Shown here in pieces: positions 44,730 through 54,728 of a DNA stretch of 64,000 bases (the stretch's first letter is position 1; every line of letters begins with the position of its first letter). The position numbers and the translations under genes were made by a program. The notes below the pieces were generated by a model. It worked only from the letters and a program-made list of their open reading frames with translations, was not told the origin of the DNA and ran no database searches. The DNA comes from an uncultured Acidobacteriota bacterium (GTDB lineage: Bacteria; Acidobacteriota; Thermoanaerobaculia; Multivoradales; JAHEKO01): the NCBI GenBank assembly GCA_963713825.1, contig CAVQNG010000034.1:91933-155932 (forward strand), given 5' to 3'.

Positions 44730-45112
44730 GTGGCGCCGGTAGGTTCCGACAACAGAAGAACACCCATGACCGAGGTCGATCGGCCGAGGCCGACGGTGTC
44801 CGTTGGCTCGAGGAGCGAGGCTTCGAGGTTGTTGCCCGCAACGTCCGAACCAGGGCGGGGGAGCTCGATGTCGTCGGGCTGGATGGCGACACTCTCGCCT
44901 TCGTCGAGATCAAGGCACGATCGACGCGGCAATTCGGCCCGGCTGCGACTGCTGTTCCGCCGTCCAAACAACACCGGATTGCACGCGCTGCGGCTCTGTA
45001 TCTGACGAGACATCCACATTCGGGTCCTTGTCGCTTGGATGTGCTGGCCATGGACATGGAGGAGGCGGGATGGTCCTTCCAGTGGATTCGGAATGCCTTC
45101 GAGGTCAGCTAG
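44726..45112 (+). CDS. yraN: YraN family nuclease
   Basis: [35 protein letters not shown]. Confidence 0.92.
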   Translation: MSGAGRFRQQKNTHDRGRSAEADGVRWLEERGFEVVARNVRTRAGELDVVGLDGDTLAFVEIKARSTRQFGPAATAVPPSKQHRIARAAALYLTRHPHSGPCRLDVLAMDMEEAGWSFQWIRNAFEVS

Positions 45113-45136
45113 GCGGCCCACAATGTCGAGCCGACC

Positions 45137-45165
45137 TTGACAGGTCCTGCAACCAGCAATAGTCT
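45137..45165 (+). promoter_or_regulatory. Sigma70 promoter of tRNA-Gly/tRNA-Cys
   Basis: TTGACA-17 nt-TAGTCT. Confidence 0.7.
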
Positions 45166-45179
45166 CTGTAGTTCCACGA

Positions 45180-45254
45180 GCGGGAATAGCTCAGTGGTAG
45201 AGCACAACCTTGCCAAGGTTGGGGTCGCGGGTTCAAATCCCGTTTCCCGCTCCA
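45180..45254 (+). tRNA. tRNA-Gly (GCC)
   Basis: GCGGGAA/TTCCCGC acceptor stem, anticodon arm CAACC-TTGCCAA-GGTTG, CCA end. Confidence 0.97.
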
Positions 45255-45337
45255 AAGCTTAGAGTTCTTTGGAATGGGGCCGCCATGAGTCGGCCTCTTG
45301 CAGTTTGCGGCCTGTTTTCGAGGCCGCCCTGCCTCAA

Positions 45338-45412
45338 GGCGACGTAGCCAAGTGGTAAGGCAAGGGTCTGCAAAACCCTCATTCGTCGGTTCGATTCCGA
45401 CCGTCGCCTCCA
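45338..45412 (+). tRNA. tRNA-Cys (GCA)
   Basis: GGCGACG/CGTCGCC acceptor stem, anticodon arm AGGGT-CTGCAAA-ACCCT, U73-CCA. Confidence 0.97.
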
Positions 45413-45554
45413 ATCAGTCCAACAATATAAAGTCAGTACGGTCAGGTACTTACGGGGTGATTCCCGGAGGATGGCCTGTAGTGTTCAGGGGGCAGCACCC
45501 TGAACCGATTGCTGTATACTGCGGGAGTCTTACCAATTCAGAGGAGGTTAGAAG

Positions 45555-46097
45555 ATGTGGAAGATTCTGCCCATGGCTTGGCTGTGCCTGCTGGCCCTGA
45601 TTGTCGCATCACCTTCGGTGGCCGGCGAGCTCAGTGCGCAGCAGGTATTCGATCAATTGAAGGGCCTGGATGGTACCTGGGAAGGTCAGCCGGAAGGCGA
45701 AGGCGAGGAAGCGAAGGCGGAAGCCGAGGCTGCCGGTCCCGTGAAGCATGAAATCCAGGTCTCTGCCGCCGGTACGGTGGTGATGGAAACCATGAACCCC
45801 GGGACCGATGGCGAAATGATCAACATGTACCATCTCGACGGTGACGACCTGCTTCTGACTCACTACTGTGCAGGTGGCAACCAGCCCCAGATGCGGCTCG
45901 ACCTTGCCGAGAGCACCGAGGATCTCTTGGTGTTCAATTTCGTCGGTGGAACGAACCTCGATCCCGCGACCGATCACTACATTGGCTCGGCTCGAATCGA
46001 GATCGTCGACAGCGATCACATGGAGAGCGTCTGGGGCGCCTATTCGGGCACCGAGCAGGTCGCGACCATGACGTTTCATCTCGAGCGCACCGACTGA
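45555..46097 (+). CDS. Secreted hypothetical protein
   Basis: GAGGAGG RBS, signal peptide, LKGLDGTWEG...MYHLDG...LTHYCAGGNQPQM. Confidence 0.8.
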   Translation: MWKILPMAWLCLLALIVASPSVAGELSAQQVFDQLKGLDGTWEGQPEGEGEEAKAEAEAAGPVKHEIQVSAAGTVVMETMNPGTDGEMINMYHLDGDDLLLTHYCAGGNQPQMRLDLAESTEDLLVFNFVGGTNLDPATDHYIGSARIEIVDSDHMESVWGAYSGTEQVATMTFHLERTD

Positions 46098-46125
46098 TCG
46101 GCGCAGATCGAGGGCCTGTTTCTTA

Positions 46126-48540
46126 TCAGTCCGATTCTTCTTCCTGGGGAGTACCGGGCCCCACGAGCGCCAATCGGCCTGAGGTGTCGAAGACGGCGTT
46201 GGTCATCCGGCGGGGGATTTGCCGCCTCCAAGCACCGAGGGCGCTATGTCCAGCGATGGCATAAGTTACATCCGGTCCGATTTTGGTGACCTGTGGGATC
46301 GTTAGATCCTGTCGGCGAAAGAAGGACCGAGCGATGGTCTGCCGCGTCGCTCTCTTGCCGACCATCCGGTAGGCATTCCATAGCTCGGGTGCGACTGCCA
46401 CGGTCTTTGGCCGGGCAGCCTCGATCTCCTCACGAAAGGTCACCCAGGGATAGAGGATCAAATCTCCACGCTGCTTGAGAAATCGCTGCGCCACGCTCTG
46501 CTGCACGAGCACGAATCCAGGTCCGAACAAAGCCAGCAACAGAAGGACCATCGCCGCTGGTCGGGCGGAGCGCGCCAGAAGAACCACGATCGCCACCGCC
46601 ACCAGTAGCCACCCCGCCCAAATCCACGCCATTCCCAAAGACGAGCCAGGAGTGAATTCTCCGATCCGTGCTGGATTGATCAGGAGAACCAGGACTGCAG
46701 AGGCGGCAATCAACGGCACAAAGACGCGAGGTGAGAGCAGTCGCCTCCACGACCCATCCTCCAGGCCGAGCCAGTAGAACAAGGCTCCGACCGAGAGGGC
46801 GCACATGGGCAGGATCGGATAGATGTGACGCTTCGAAAAGGTATGAGGTGCCCAGGCATAGACCGCGACCAGCAGTAGGAAGTAGGCGAGTGGCATCAGA
46901 AAGAGGATGCGCACCTCGATTCTCTTGCGACGCAGCGTCGCCACAACCGGTGCCACCAGGGCCAGCAGCCACATGAAGCGCATCGCCTGCAGCGGGGCAG
47001 GAGCGCCGGGGGCCCAGAGGACCCGGGTCCAGCGGGAGACACTGGCCACGACTCCGGTTTCCCGTCGAAAGTGGATTCGGGTCACGGAGCCGGGGTCGAG
47101 TGTGACGCTGTACCAGAAGTCGCCGAGGAACCAGGCATCGAGAGACATCAGCACCAACATCGCAGCGACCGCCCCAGCGAACCAGAAGATCATCTTGCGA
47201 GCGAAACCCCGCAAGTCGATGCGGCCCTCGGTCCACAGGAACAACATCGGCAGCCAACCGAGGATGATTCCGGTCTCCTTGGACTTGCAGGCTGCGACGG
47301 TGAGTGCTCCGATCAGCAGCTCGTGCCACAGGACCCGCCCTCGATCCGGCTCGCTCCGAAGCGCCAGGAGATAAACCATCACTGCCAGCGTCACGAACAT
47401 CATGGTGGTGTAGTCGGCAAAGGCGCCACCGGCGAGGCCCAGTATCGAGCCCTGGCTGATCAGCACGAAGAGGGTGACCGTCACGGTTCGCAGCTGCAGG
47501 TGAGGTCCGAGGGCTCGGCAGCCCACCGCCAGCGCGGTCACCGTTGTGGAGAACATGAACGACCAGTAGGTGCGGGAGCCGAGAAAGCCGTCGCCATCCC
47601 GCAGCCAGATGAAGGCTTTCAGTAGGTAGACGTGCACGTATCGGAAGAAGAACCAGTCACCCTTGGCGGGAAACAGGGCCTTGTAGACATAACGCACATC
47701 GTCGCCGCCCAACAGGGGCGCAGTGAACCGGGTTGTCCAGAGCCAGCACAACACGAACAGACCGGCGAAGAAACCCGCGTAGAGCATCGCTAGGTTGCCC
47801 CAGCCCGATCCCTGGCTGGGTCCTGTCAGCTCGCTAGGTTGGGGTCTTCTTACTGAGCGCAAGCCAACCCGCGCCAGGAGGAACGCGGCCATCACGACCA
47901 GGACGCCGAGCAGCTGTCGGTACGGTCTTGCCACGGGAGCCAGGATGTTGCGCACCAGTTGGTGTAACCGAACCGGTCTCCGGGCGTGGAGTCTTTCGAC
48001 CGGCAAGGGTGCAAGCTTGCCGTCGGGTGGAATCCATCGGGCCCAGAGCCGGCTATGGCCGCGGGTCTGATTGAACCCCACTTCGATGGCATGAGCTCCA
48101 CGCTCGAGATCGACGGAGGACTCCTTCTTCGAAGTTCTCTCGCCGTCCAGGATCAGGTAGCCGCCCTGGTCGGCCGTGAGCTTGAAGAGGTACGTGCCGC
48201 TGGTTTCCACCATCAGCCATCCCCTCCAGCGCACGCTGAAGATCTTCTTCGATACGAGAGGGCGGAGGTCCTCTGGTCCGAAGACTCGAGGTTCACCGAT
48301 GTCTACGTAGATCGGCGAGCCTTCCCAGTTTGGCGTCAATGGGAAGTACTCGACTCTCAGCCCGGGCCGATCCACGATCAGCACGAATCCCAGCCCACCC
48401 AGGAGGATCGCCGCGATCAGGCAGAGGACGGCGGAACGTAGCGTGGTCGAAGACCTTGGAGCCCGCTTGTTTTCGTCCGAAGCTGCGCTCTGCTCGCGCC
48501 CTTCTGCATCTCCGAGAGTGTCAGTCGATCCTTGCAGCAT
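46126..48540 (-). CDS. PA14-domain polytopic membrane protein, putative GT-C glycosyltransferase
   Basis: PA14-like GLRVEYF...FSVRWRGWL...GTYLFKLTADQG; many TMs; GGDDVRY acidic loop and KSKETG; start uncertain. Confidence 0.7.
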   Translation of the reverse strand: MLQGSTDTLGDAEGREQSAASDENKRAPRSSTTLRSAVLCLIAAILLGGLGFVLIVDRPGLRVEYFPLTPNWEGSPIYVDIGEPRVFGPEDLRPLVSKKIFSVRWRGWLMVETSGTYLFKLTADQGGYLILDGERTSKKESSVDLERGAHAIEVGFNQTRGHSRLWARWIPPDGKLAPLPVERLHARRPVRLHQLVRNILAPVARPYRQLLGVLVVMAAFLLARVGLRSVRRPQPSELTGPSQGSGWGNLAMLYAGFFAGLFVLCWLWTTRFTAPLLGGDDVRYVYKALFPAKGDWFFFRYVHVYLLKAFIWLRDGDGFLGSRTYWSFMFSTTVTALAVGCRALGPHLQLRTVTVTLFVLISQGSILGLAGGAFADYTTMMFVTLAVMVYLLALRSEPDRGRVLWHELLIGALTVAACKSKETGIILGWLPMLFLWTEGRIDLRGFARKMIFWFAGAVAAMLVLMSLDAWFLGDFWYSVTLDPGSVTRIHFRRETGVVASVSRWTRVLWAPGAPAPLQAMRFMWLLALVAPVVATLRRKRIEVRILFLMPLAYFLLLVAVYAWAPHTFSKRHIYPILPMCALSVGALFYWLGLEDGSWRRLLSPRVFVPLIAASAVLVLLINPARIGEFTPGSSLGMAWIWAGWLLVAVAIVVLLARSARPAAMVLLLLALFGPGFVLVQQSVAQRFLKQRGDLILYPWVTFREEIEAARPKTVAVAPELWNAYRMVGKRATRQTIARSFFRRQDLTIPQVTKIGPDVTYAIAGHSALGAWRRQIPRRMTNAVFDTSGRLALVGPGTPQEEESD

Positions 48541-48638
48541 GTTTGCGGAGAGTATTCCAGGCCGCGGATTGGTGTCCAGCGCAGTTCCTGACGGGTGCAG
48601 GCATGCGACTTGCGTGTGGATCCTGCAGGAGGGTAGGC

Positions 48639-49178
48639 ATGATGACCAAGTCCTCGATAGGTCTGCTGTTGCTGTCCGTTGTTGGTACTCCCATGGCACA
48701 CGCGCAGGTCCCGTCCGGTGAATCGGCCCATCCATTTGCCGCGAGCATGGAGGAGCGGCGCCGCACGATTGTCGATACTGAACGCGGCATCACCCAGGAA
48801 GCGATGATGGAGAGCATCGGAGAGGAGCAGATGAAGGCGTTTCTCGACGCCGCTCTGGTCCGGTTGGTGCTTTCACCAGAGGGTAAGTTCACTTCCTACA
48901 CCATGCCAGGAGGGGAGTTGGTCTCGTTCAAGCTCGGCCGAAAGGCGATCTCGACGGGCCAGGGATCGTCCCTGAACGAGAACGATTGGGTCGTCAGGAC
49001 TGGGGAGTACCCGGTCCCCAAGCGTCCACAATCTGTGACCCTGTCGATCAGAGCGGGTGACAGCCAGATCGACGCCAAGTGCTTCAACGAGTTCGAGCCC
49101 TCGGATCAGCCGGTGACCTTTCATATGGGGATGCTGGAAGGTGTTTTTTGCGTCGGATTGGTTGAGGACGGCGGATAG
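48639..49178 (+). CDS. Secreted hypothetical protein
   Basis: AGGAGG RBS; signal peptide MMTKSSIGLLLLSVVGTPMAHA-Q; sigma54-like AGGCATGCGACTTGC at 48599-48613. Confidence 0.65.
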   Translation: MMTKSSIGLLLLSVVGTPMAHAQVPSGESAHPFAASMEERRRTIVDTERGITQEAMMESIGEEQMKAFLDAALVRLVLSPEGKFTSYTMPGGELVSFKLGRKAISTGQGSSLNENDWVVRTGEYPVPKRPQSVTLSIRAGDSQIDAKCFNEFEPSDQPVTFHMGMLEGVFCVGLVEDGG

Positions 49179-49236
49179 CGAACCGTCGTCGCCCGTCTCC
49201 TACCGGCGTGGGTCGAGGATCCGCGGGCGCCAGCTC

Positions 49237-49252
49237 TGTGACCGATTTCACA
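49237..49252. promoter_or_regulatory. CRP-family consensus site
   Basis: TGTGA-CCGATT-TCACA, about 50 nt upstream of the ATG at 49300. Confidence 0.6.
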
Positions 49253-49299
49253 GTTTCTGCGATGGGCGCATGGCAGTCTGGTTGTTCTAGGAGGTAGCC

Positions 49300-50004
49300 A
49301 TGAAGAAAGTCGAGCAGAGCCGGTTCCAGGGGTTTGTCGTCATTGCGTGCCTCGTCGCCTTGGCAGGACTCCTCGTCATCGCATGTAGCAGCGAATCTTC
49401 GAGTCCTACGGAGCCTGTTGCGGACGCGACCGCTTCGGGAACTGGCTCCAGTGATTCTGGAAGCTCGGATAGCTCAGGCAGCTCTGACGATTCGAGCGGC
49501 ACGACAGACACCGAGGTCACTGGAGGTTCCCTTCAGATCAGCATGACCGACGCCCCGACCGACGAGATCTGTCAGCTCGTCGTGTTCATCGAGGATCTGA
49601 GGGTCAAGAAGGATGGCTCGCCGGCGCAGATCCTGGGCGCGGTCAACGGGATTGGCGCGTACGACCTTATGCAACTTCAGAACGGCCAGGAGATCGTTCT
49701 CGGCAACTTCGATGTCGAAACCGGCCTCTACCAGTTCATTGAGATGTTGCTGGATGAGAGCCAGAGCTACGTCGTCGAGAAGATCGACCCAGACGATCCG
49801 GACATCATCACCAACTGTGAAATAGAGCAGGTGCCGCTCAAGATCCCGAGCGAGAAGTTCAAGATCAACGGCGGCCCGTTCGAAGTCGACGAGCAGACGG
49901 AAGTCCTGATCGATTTCGACGCCAAGAACTCTCTGAAGACGACCGGCAACGGCAAGACCTATCAGCTCAAGGCCGACGTCTCGATCGTCGATGTCGATCC
50001 CTAG
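49300..50004 (+). CDS. DUF4382-like lipoprotein
   Basis: AGGAGG RBS, lipobox VIAC, Ser-rich linker, LQISMTDAP...LIDFDAKNSL. Confidence 0.82.
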   Translation: MKKVEQSRFQGFVVIACLVALAGLLVIACSSESSSPTEPVADATASGTGSSDSGSSDSSGSSDDSSGTTDTEVTGGSLQISMTDAPTDEICQLVVFIEDLRVKKDGSPAQILGAVNGIGAYDLMQLQNGQEIVLGNFDVETGLYQFIEMLLDESQSYVVEKIDPDDPDIITNCEIEQVPLKIPSEKFKINGGPFEVDEQTEVLIDFDAKNSLKTTGNGKTYQLKADVSIVDVDP

Positions 50005-50031
50005 GTATCCTGAAGGCGGCTGGTAGATTCT

Positions 50032-50060
50032 GGGGGCGCCCCTCGTGGGCGCCCTCTTTG
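50032..50060 (+). terminator. Intrinsic terminator
   Basis: GGGGGCGCCC-CTCGT-GGGCGCCCTC followed by TTT; between convergent genes. Confidence 0.65.
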
Positions 50061-50066
50061 AATCCA

Positions 50067-51428
50067 TCAGGGAGTCGTGTCCGGACTCGTCGAGGACCAG
50101 CCGGAGCTATCCCCCGACTCGAAGCCGTCATTGAAGACCGGCTCGGCGCTGACGCAGAGACCGCTGTCGCGGAAGTTGGCGAAGGTCAACGCCGTCTTGT
50201 CGAGACTCAGGTGATTGTCGGCGTCACAGCCTGGCGCCCCATTGCCCTCTGTGCAGTTGGTCTTGGTGCCAGCCGCTACTCCCATCGGATCGCCCCCGTA
50301 GCTCACGAGCGGGTTCGACCAGTACTGCAGTCGAGAACAATTGAATCCCGAGGCACTGCACTCGCTGTTGTAGGCCATGACCGTTCGCCAGCGGTCGGGT
50401 GGATTTACGAAGCCGTGACTGTGAGCCCATGGGGTCTTCGAATCATCAACGTACCAGTCGTGTCGGGCTCCCATGTTGTGCCCCAACTCGTGCCCAAAAC
50501 TGTAGTAGCCCGTGGCGCACGTGTAGCTGACGAGGGAGAACGCCGATCCCGCAAAGGACGACGAGACGTTCGACATGAGGTAGGCCATGCCGCAATACTG
50601 CGTGTCCCCGACGATCAGCACCACGGCATCAGCACAGCTCGCGTCACGCAGGCTGTGAACTCCGTCCATGTAGCCATCAGAGGTGCCGGCCAGGCGCGAC
50701 AGGGTCGTCGGCCAACTGAATCCGGTCTCGCTGTAGGCAACTTCCTGGGTGTCCTGAAGGGTGAGCCGTTGGCTGATTCCGCTGTTGGAGTAGGACTGAT
50801 TGGTTTCGACCACCGCCAGGTCGATCAGATTCTCGACCGCAGTCGTGCCACCGGCCTTGTCACGGGCCGTCGGGGTGTAGGCGACCACGATGTCGATGTT
50901 GCTGCCGTCGTCCGCGGCCTCGAAGCTCTCTGGGAAGGCTGGTTCGGCTCTCGAGATTTCAATGGGCTCGATCTCCGGAGCGTAGGTCGCAGGGTCGACT
51001 TCACGCACGATGTGAAGCCCGTCTCGGTCGGGACGAATCAGAAACAGGGACTCTCCGGTGTTGACGGTGCCAGTCAGGGCGCCATCGCGAATCACCAGGC
51101 TGACGGTTCCGGAGGAGATCTCCTCGAGACGGCCAGTCCAGTAGTGACCCCCAGATTCCAATCGGCCAGCCTCGTCGAGTCGCGCAGTGTAGGTTGCGTC
51201 CGGAAAGAGATTCAGCACCAGAGACTGGGCCTGCGCCGCCTCGATCGCTGTGATGAGTTGTGGATCCAAGGCTACATCGCGGCTGCGTAGAGCGGGGCTG
51301 GAAGTCTCCTCGAATCCGTCCTGGTTCCGGGCATCGACCGGAGTAAAAAGACCTGTATCGGCGCGGCCATGCGCCGGAATGAGGTATCCGAAAGTGAGCG
51401 CGAGAAGCAGAGTCGAGGTCTTTCGCAT
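50067..51428 (-). CDS. Secreted reprolysin/M12B-like (peptidyl-Asp type) zinc metalloprotease with FxDGFESG tail
   Basis: Signal peptide from ATG at 51428; prodomain; HELGHNMGARHD and TVMAY Met-turn; ends PVFNDGFESGDSSGWSSTSPDTTP. Confidence 0.9.
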   Translation of the reverse strand: MRKTSTLLLALTFGYLIPAHGRADTGLFTPVDARNQDGFEETSSPALRSRDVALDPQLITAIEAAQAQSLVLNLFPDATYTARLDEAGRLESGGHYWTGRLEEISSGTVSLVIRDGALTGTVNTGESLFLIRPDRDGLHIVREVDPATYAPEIEPIEISRAEPAFPESFEAADDGSNIDIVVAYTPTARDKAGGTTAVENLIDLAVVETNQSYSNSGISQRLTLQDTQEVAYSETGFSWPTTLSRLAGTSDGYMDGVHSLRDASCADAVVLIVGDTQYCGMAYLMSNVSSSFAGSAFSLVSYTCATGYYSFGHELGHNMGARHDWYVDDSKTPWAHSHGFVNPPDRWRTVMAYNSECSASGFNCSRLQYWSNPLVSYGGDPMGVAAGTKTNCTEGNGAPGCDADNHLSLDKTALTFANFRDSGLCVSAEPVFNDGFESGDSSGWSSTSPDTTP

Positions 51429-51584
51429 GATCTGAGCTCCCAATGGGTCATCGAGTGTTCGGGCGCGCAGGATGCCACGCGGGGCCCAGGACCGCAAGTA
51501 ACTTGGGCACATCCTGAGAGATCCGAGCTTTGCGGCAATCGTACGGTTTGACAAGCGCCCCATCGATTCGATGTAGTGCACCTC

Positions 51585-53195
51585 ATGGTTTCGAAGCATC
51601 TATCAGAGCTCTTCGGAGGGTCAGTCACGGCTCTGAGGTTCGTGAAGGAGCTCCGTGGTTTCCTCAGGGATCCGTTCGATCTCGATCGCGAATTGGCAGG
51701 GCTCCGGCACCAACTTGCAACACGGGAGGAGTCCTTTGTCGAGGTGTTGCGCCAGGGGGTCTTCGAGAAGCCAACCAGCCCCTACAGGGCACTGATGCGA
51801 CAAGCGGGTATCAGCCGTGAAGACGTCGAGCTGTTGGTGGGCAGAGAGGGCGTCGAGGGTGCACTCTCGGTGCTATTCGACGCCGGCGTTCGGGTGAGTC
51901 TCGACGAGTTCAAGGGCCGTCGGCCCATCGAACGATCGGGTCTCCACCTCGACGTACGAGCCTCCGACTTTGACAATCCCCTGGCGCGTTCGCATTTCGA
52001 GGCCAGCACGGGAGGGAGTCGCGGGGCCGGCACGCGCCTGATGATCGATCTGGACCTGCTGCGTTACGAGTCGATTCACCTGTTCCTCTCTTTGCAGTCT
52101 CTCGGTGCTCTCGACCGACCGGCGGGTCTCTGGCGGCCGCTTCCACCCGGCGTGACCGGCATCAAGGAGCTCCTCTACCGGGCTCGAATCGGACGCCTGC
52201 CTGAGGTCTGGTTCAGCCAGAACCGCTATCACTTGCGGTGGGAGGACGCTCGATCGGCGACCTTCGCGCTCTGCGCCCTGGGTGGAAGTCGCCTGTGGGG
52301 AAGGCCCCTTGCGGTGCCCCGGTACCTGCCTCTGGATCGCGCTGTCGAAGTGGCCGAGTGGCTCGCGGGTCGAGCCGGTGTGGAGGACGCCGCGCTGTTG
52401 GACACGAATGTGTCCTCGGCCGTTCGGGTTTGCAAGGCGGCAATCGAGGCTAATCTCGACATTTCGGGGACGCTGTTCCGCACCGGGGGCGAGCCTCTCA
52501 CACCGGCGAGAGCCGAGATCGTCGCCGAGACTGGCAGTCGGGTGGTGTGCAACTACGGCATTGCGGAGGCCGGTCGGCTGGGCCTGGCTTGCGGCGCGCC
52601 GCAGCAACTCGACGACGTCCATTTGCTGACCGACAAGATCGCAGTCGTCCAGCGGCCTACGGCCCCCTTTCAGGGAGGGCCGGAGTTCGAGGCGCTTTGG
52701 GTGACGACATTGCATCCAGCCACGCCGAAGCTGATGCTCAATGTCGAGATCGGGGACTACGCCGAGCGTTCGAGCCGCCACTGCGAGTGTGCCCTGGGCC
52801 AGGCCGGCTTCGGTGAGCATCTACACACGATCCGCAGTTATGAAAAGCTCACCAGCGAAGGGATGCACTTCGTTGGAAGCGAGCTGATGAATCTGCTGGA
52901 AAACGTTCTCCCAGGACGCTTCGGTGGTGGGGCCAACGACTATCAGCTGGTCGAGGAGGAACTCGATGGCTTGGCTCGGGTGAGTCTGCTGGTGAGCCCC
53001 AGCGTCGGTCCGGTTAGCGAGTCGGAGATTCGAGAGCTCGTCTTGGATTCCCTCGGGCGGGGAGGGCAGGGTCGAGCGATGATGAGTCAGTGGTGGAAGG
53101 AAAGCGCGACTCTCAGAGTTGAGCGCCGCGAGCCCCTGCCGACCGGGGCAGCAAAGGTGCTGCCACTCCATGTTCGGAAGGACGCTCCTCGGTGA
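51585..53195 (+). CDS. Divergent PaaK/adenylate-forming (ANL) family protein
   Basis: STGGSRG (P-loop-like), GGEPLT, YGIAEAG, NVEIGD, C-terminal TGAAKV; TTGACA at 51548. Confidence 0.65.
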   Translation: MVSKHLSELFGGSVTALRFVKELRGFLRDPFDLDRELAGLRHQLATREESFVEVLRQGVFEKPTSPYRALMRQAGISREDVELLVGREGVEGALSVLFDAGVRVSLDEFKGRRPIERSGLHLDVRASDFDNPLARSHFEASTGGSRGAGTRLMIDLDLLRYESIHLFLSLQSLGALDRPAGLWRPLPPGVTGIKELLYRARIGRLPEVWFSQNRYHLRWEDARSATFALCALGGSRLWGRPLAVPRYLPLDRAVEVAEWLAGRAGVEDAALLDTNVSSAVRVCKAAIEANLDISGTLFRTGGEPLTPARAEIVAETGSRVVCNYGIAEAGRLGLACGAPQQLDDVHLLTDKIAVVQRPTAPFQGGPEFEALWVTTLHPATPKLMLNVEIGDYAERSSRHCECALGQAGFGEHLHTIRSYEKLTSEGMHFVGSELMNLLENVLPGRFGGGANDYQLVEEELDGLARVSLLVSPSVGPVSESEIRELVLDSLGRGGQGRAMMSQWWKESATLRVERREPLPTGAAKVLPLHVRKDAPR

Positions 53196-53220
53196 AGTCG
53201 GGCTGTCTGGGGGAGCGGAC

Positions 53221-53871
53221 GTGAGTGTGAAGATTCGTTCGTACAGGAAAGAAGATGCCGGTGGGGTTGTCGAGGTGTATCGCGACGCCTACGATGTGCT
53301 GCGGGCCAGCCGTGGTGGCCGCCACTCCGATGAGATTGTCGACCGCATTCAATCAATGTCCGACGAGGCTTTGCTGGACCGACTCCTCGTTGGCTACTAT
53401 CTCGTGGTTGCCGAGGACGAAGAAGACGGCGCCCTCCTGGGCATCGGAGCGGTCAGCGACCGGTGGATCGATCGTGTGCTCAGGAGCGCTCGCAGCAAGA
53501 GCCACTATGTCAGGCAGGGATTGCAGCGAGGCAAGGGAGGCGTTGGCCTCGGGACCCTGCTGCGGGATGTCACGCTGGGGCGGGCAAGAGAGCTCGGCTA
53601 CAGGAAAGTGTGGGGCTATTCCCAGCCCGAGTCGAAGGGCTGGCACGGCAAGTTCGGAGCGCGATTCTACCCACGCCACGACACTTACAATCCCGAGCAT
53701 TCGATGATGGTGCACTACTACGAGATCGAGCTGAGGAAGAGCATCTGGAACTCCGTCAGGATAGAGCCCTGTCTCATTCGGCTGGGCACGCTGATACCGA
53801 CCCTCGAGGCGAGATTTCGGAATCGAAGGGGGACCGATGGCCCCCACAAGGAGCGTTCGGGCGAGAAATAG
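53221..53871 (+). CDS. GNAT-like acyltransferase
   Basis: KIRSYRKED, YLVVAE...LLGIG, YVRQGLQRG..GVGLGTLL; start uncertain. Confidence 0.65.
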   Translation: MSVKIRSYRKEDAGGVVEVYRDAYDVLRASRGGRHSDEIVDRIQSMSDEALLDRLLVGYYLVVAEDEEDGALLGIGAVSDRWIDRVLRSARSKSHYVRQGLQRGKGGVGLGTLLRDVTLGRARELGYRKVWGYSQPESKGWHGKFGARFYPRHDTYNPEHSMMVHYYEIELRKSIWNSVRIEPCLIRLGTLIPTLEARFRNRRGTDGPHKERSGEK

Positions 53872-53905
53872 GGTCTCTTTCCGGAAGGAACCGAAAGGAA
53901 CCAAG

Positions 53906-54728
53906 ATGAGAATCGCACTGATTCAGCAGGAAGCTACTCAGGACAAGCAGAACAACTTGAATCGGGGTCTCGAAGCTGCACGGCAGGCGGCAGGAGACGG
54001 GGCGGAGGTGGTTGGCTTCGCCGAACTGGCCTTCGAGCCGTTCTACCCGCAGCGCCCGGCGAGTGGCGATGTGAAAGAGCTGGCCGAGACCGGTGCCAGG
54101 TCCTATCACCGAGAGCTTTCAGGAGCTTGCTGCCGAGCTAGGGGTCGTCGTGGTGCTCAACCTCTTCGAGCGGGAGGGTGACAAGACCTTCGACACTTCG
54201 CCAGTCATCGACGCCGACGGCACGCTTCTGGGCCGAACCCGGATGGTCCACATCACCGAATACGACTGTTTTCACGAGCAGGGCTACTACGCCGAAGGCG
54301 ACAGGGGTGCACCGGTCTATTCGACTCGTGCCGGCAAGATCGGAGTCGCAATCTGCTACGACCGGCACTATCCGGAGTACATGCGGGCCCTGGCGCTGAA
54401 TGGGGCAGAGGTCGTGTTCATTCCCCAGGCAGGGTCGGTAGGGGAGTGGCCGGAAGGCCTCTACGAGGCCGAGATGCGGGTCGCCGCCTTTCAGAATGGC
54501 TACTTCACGGCACTGTGCAATCGTGTCGGCAAGGAAGAGTGTCTGACATTCGGCGGCGAGTCGTTCCTCTGCGCGCCTTCGGGGTGCGTCATAGCTCGCG
54601 CCCCTGCTCTGGAAGAAGCGATACTCCACGCGGAGCTCGATCTCGAGGCGGTCGTCGAGTCCTACGCCCGCAAGTTGTTTCTTCGCGACCGCAGGCCCGA
54701 GCTTTATGCCGACTGGCTGGCCCGCTGA
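53906..54728 (+). CDS. Carbon-nitrogen hydrolase (nitrilase/amidase family), frameshift near 54089
   Basis: MRIALIQ...FAELAF...ELAE in one frame; PVPGP...ICYDRHYPE...NRVG...RDRRPELY in the next. Confidence 0.88.

Noticed and set aside
45105-45600. ORFs 45105-45413 and 45298-45600 (also 58652-59034)
   Set aside because: Spurious translations across tRNA genes.
53881-53905. Short tandem repeat CCG(G/A)AAGGAA x2.5
   Set aside because: Too short for an array; overlaps the RBS region of the hydrolase gene.
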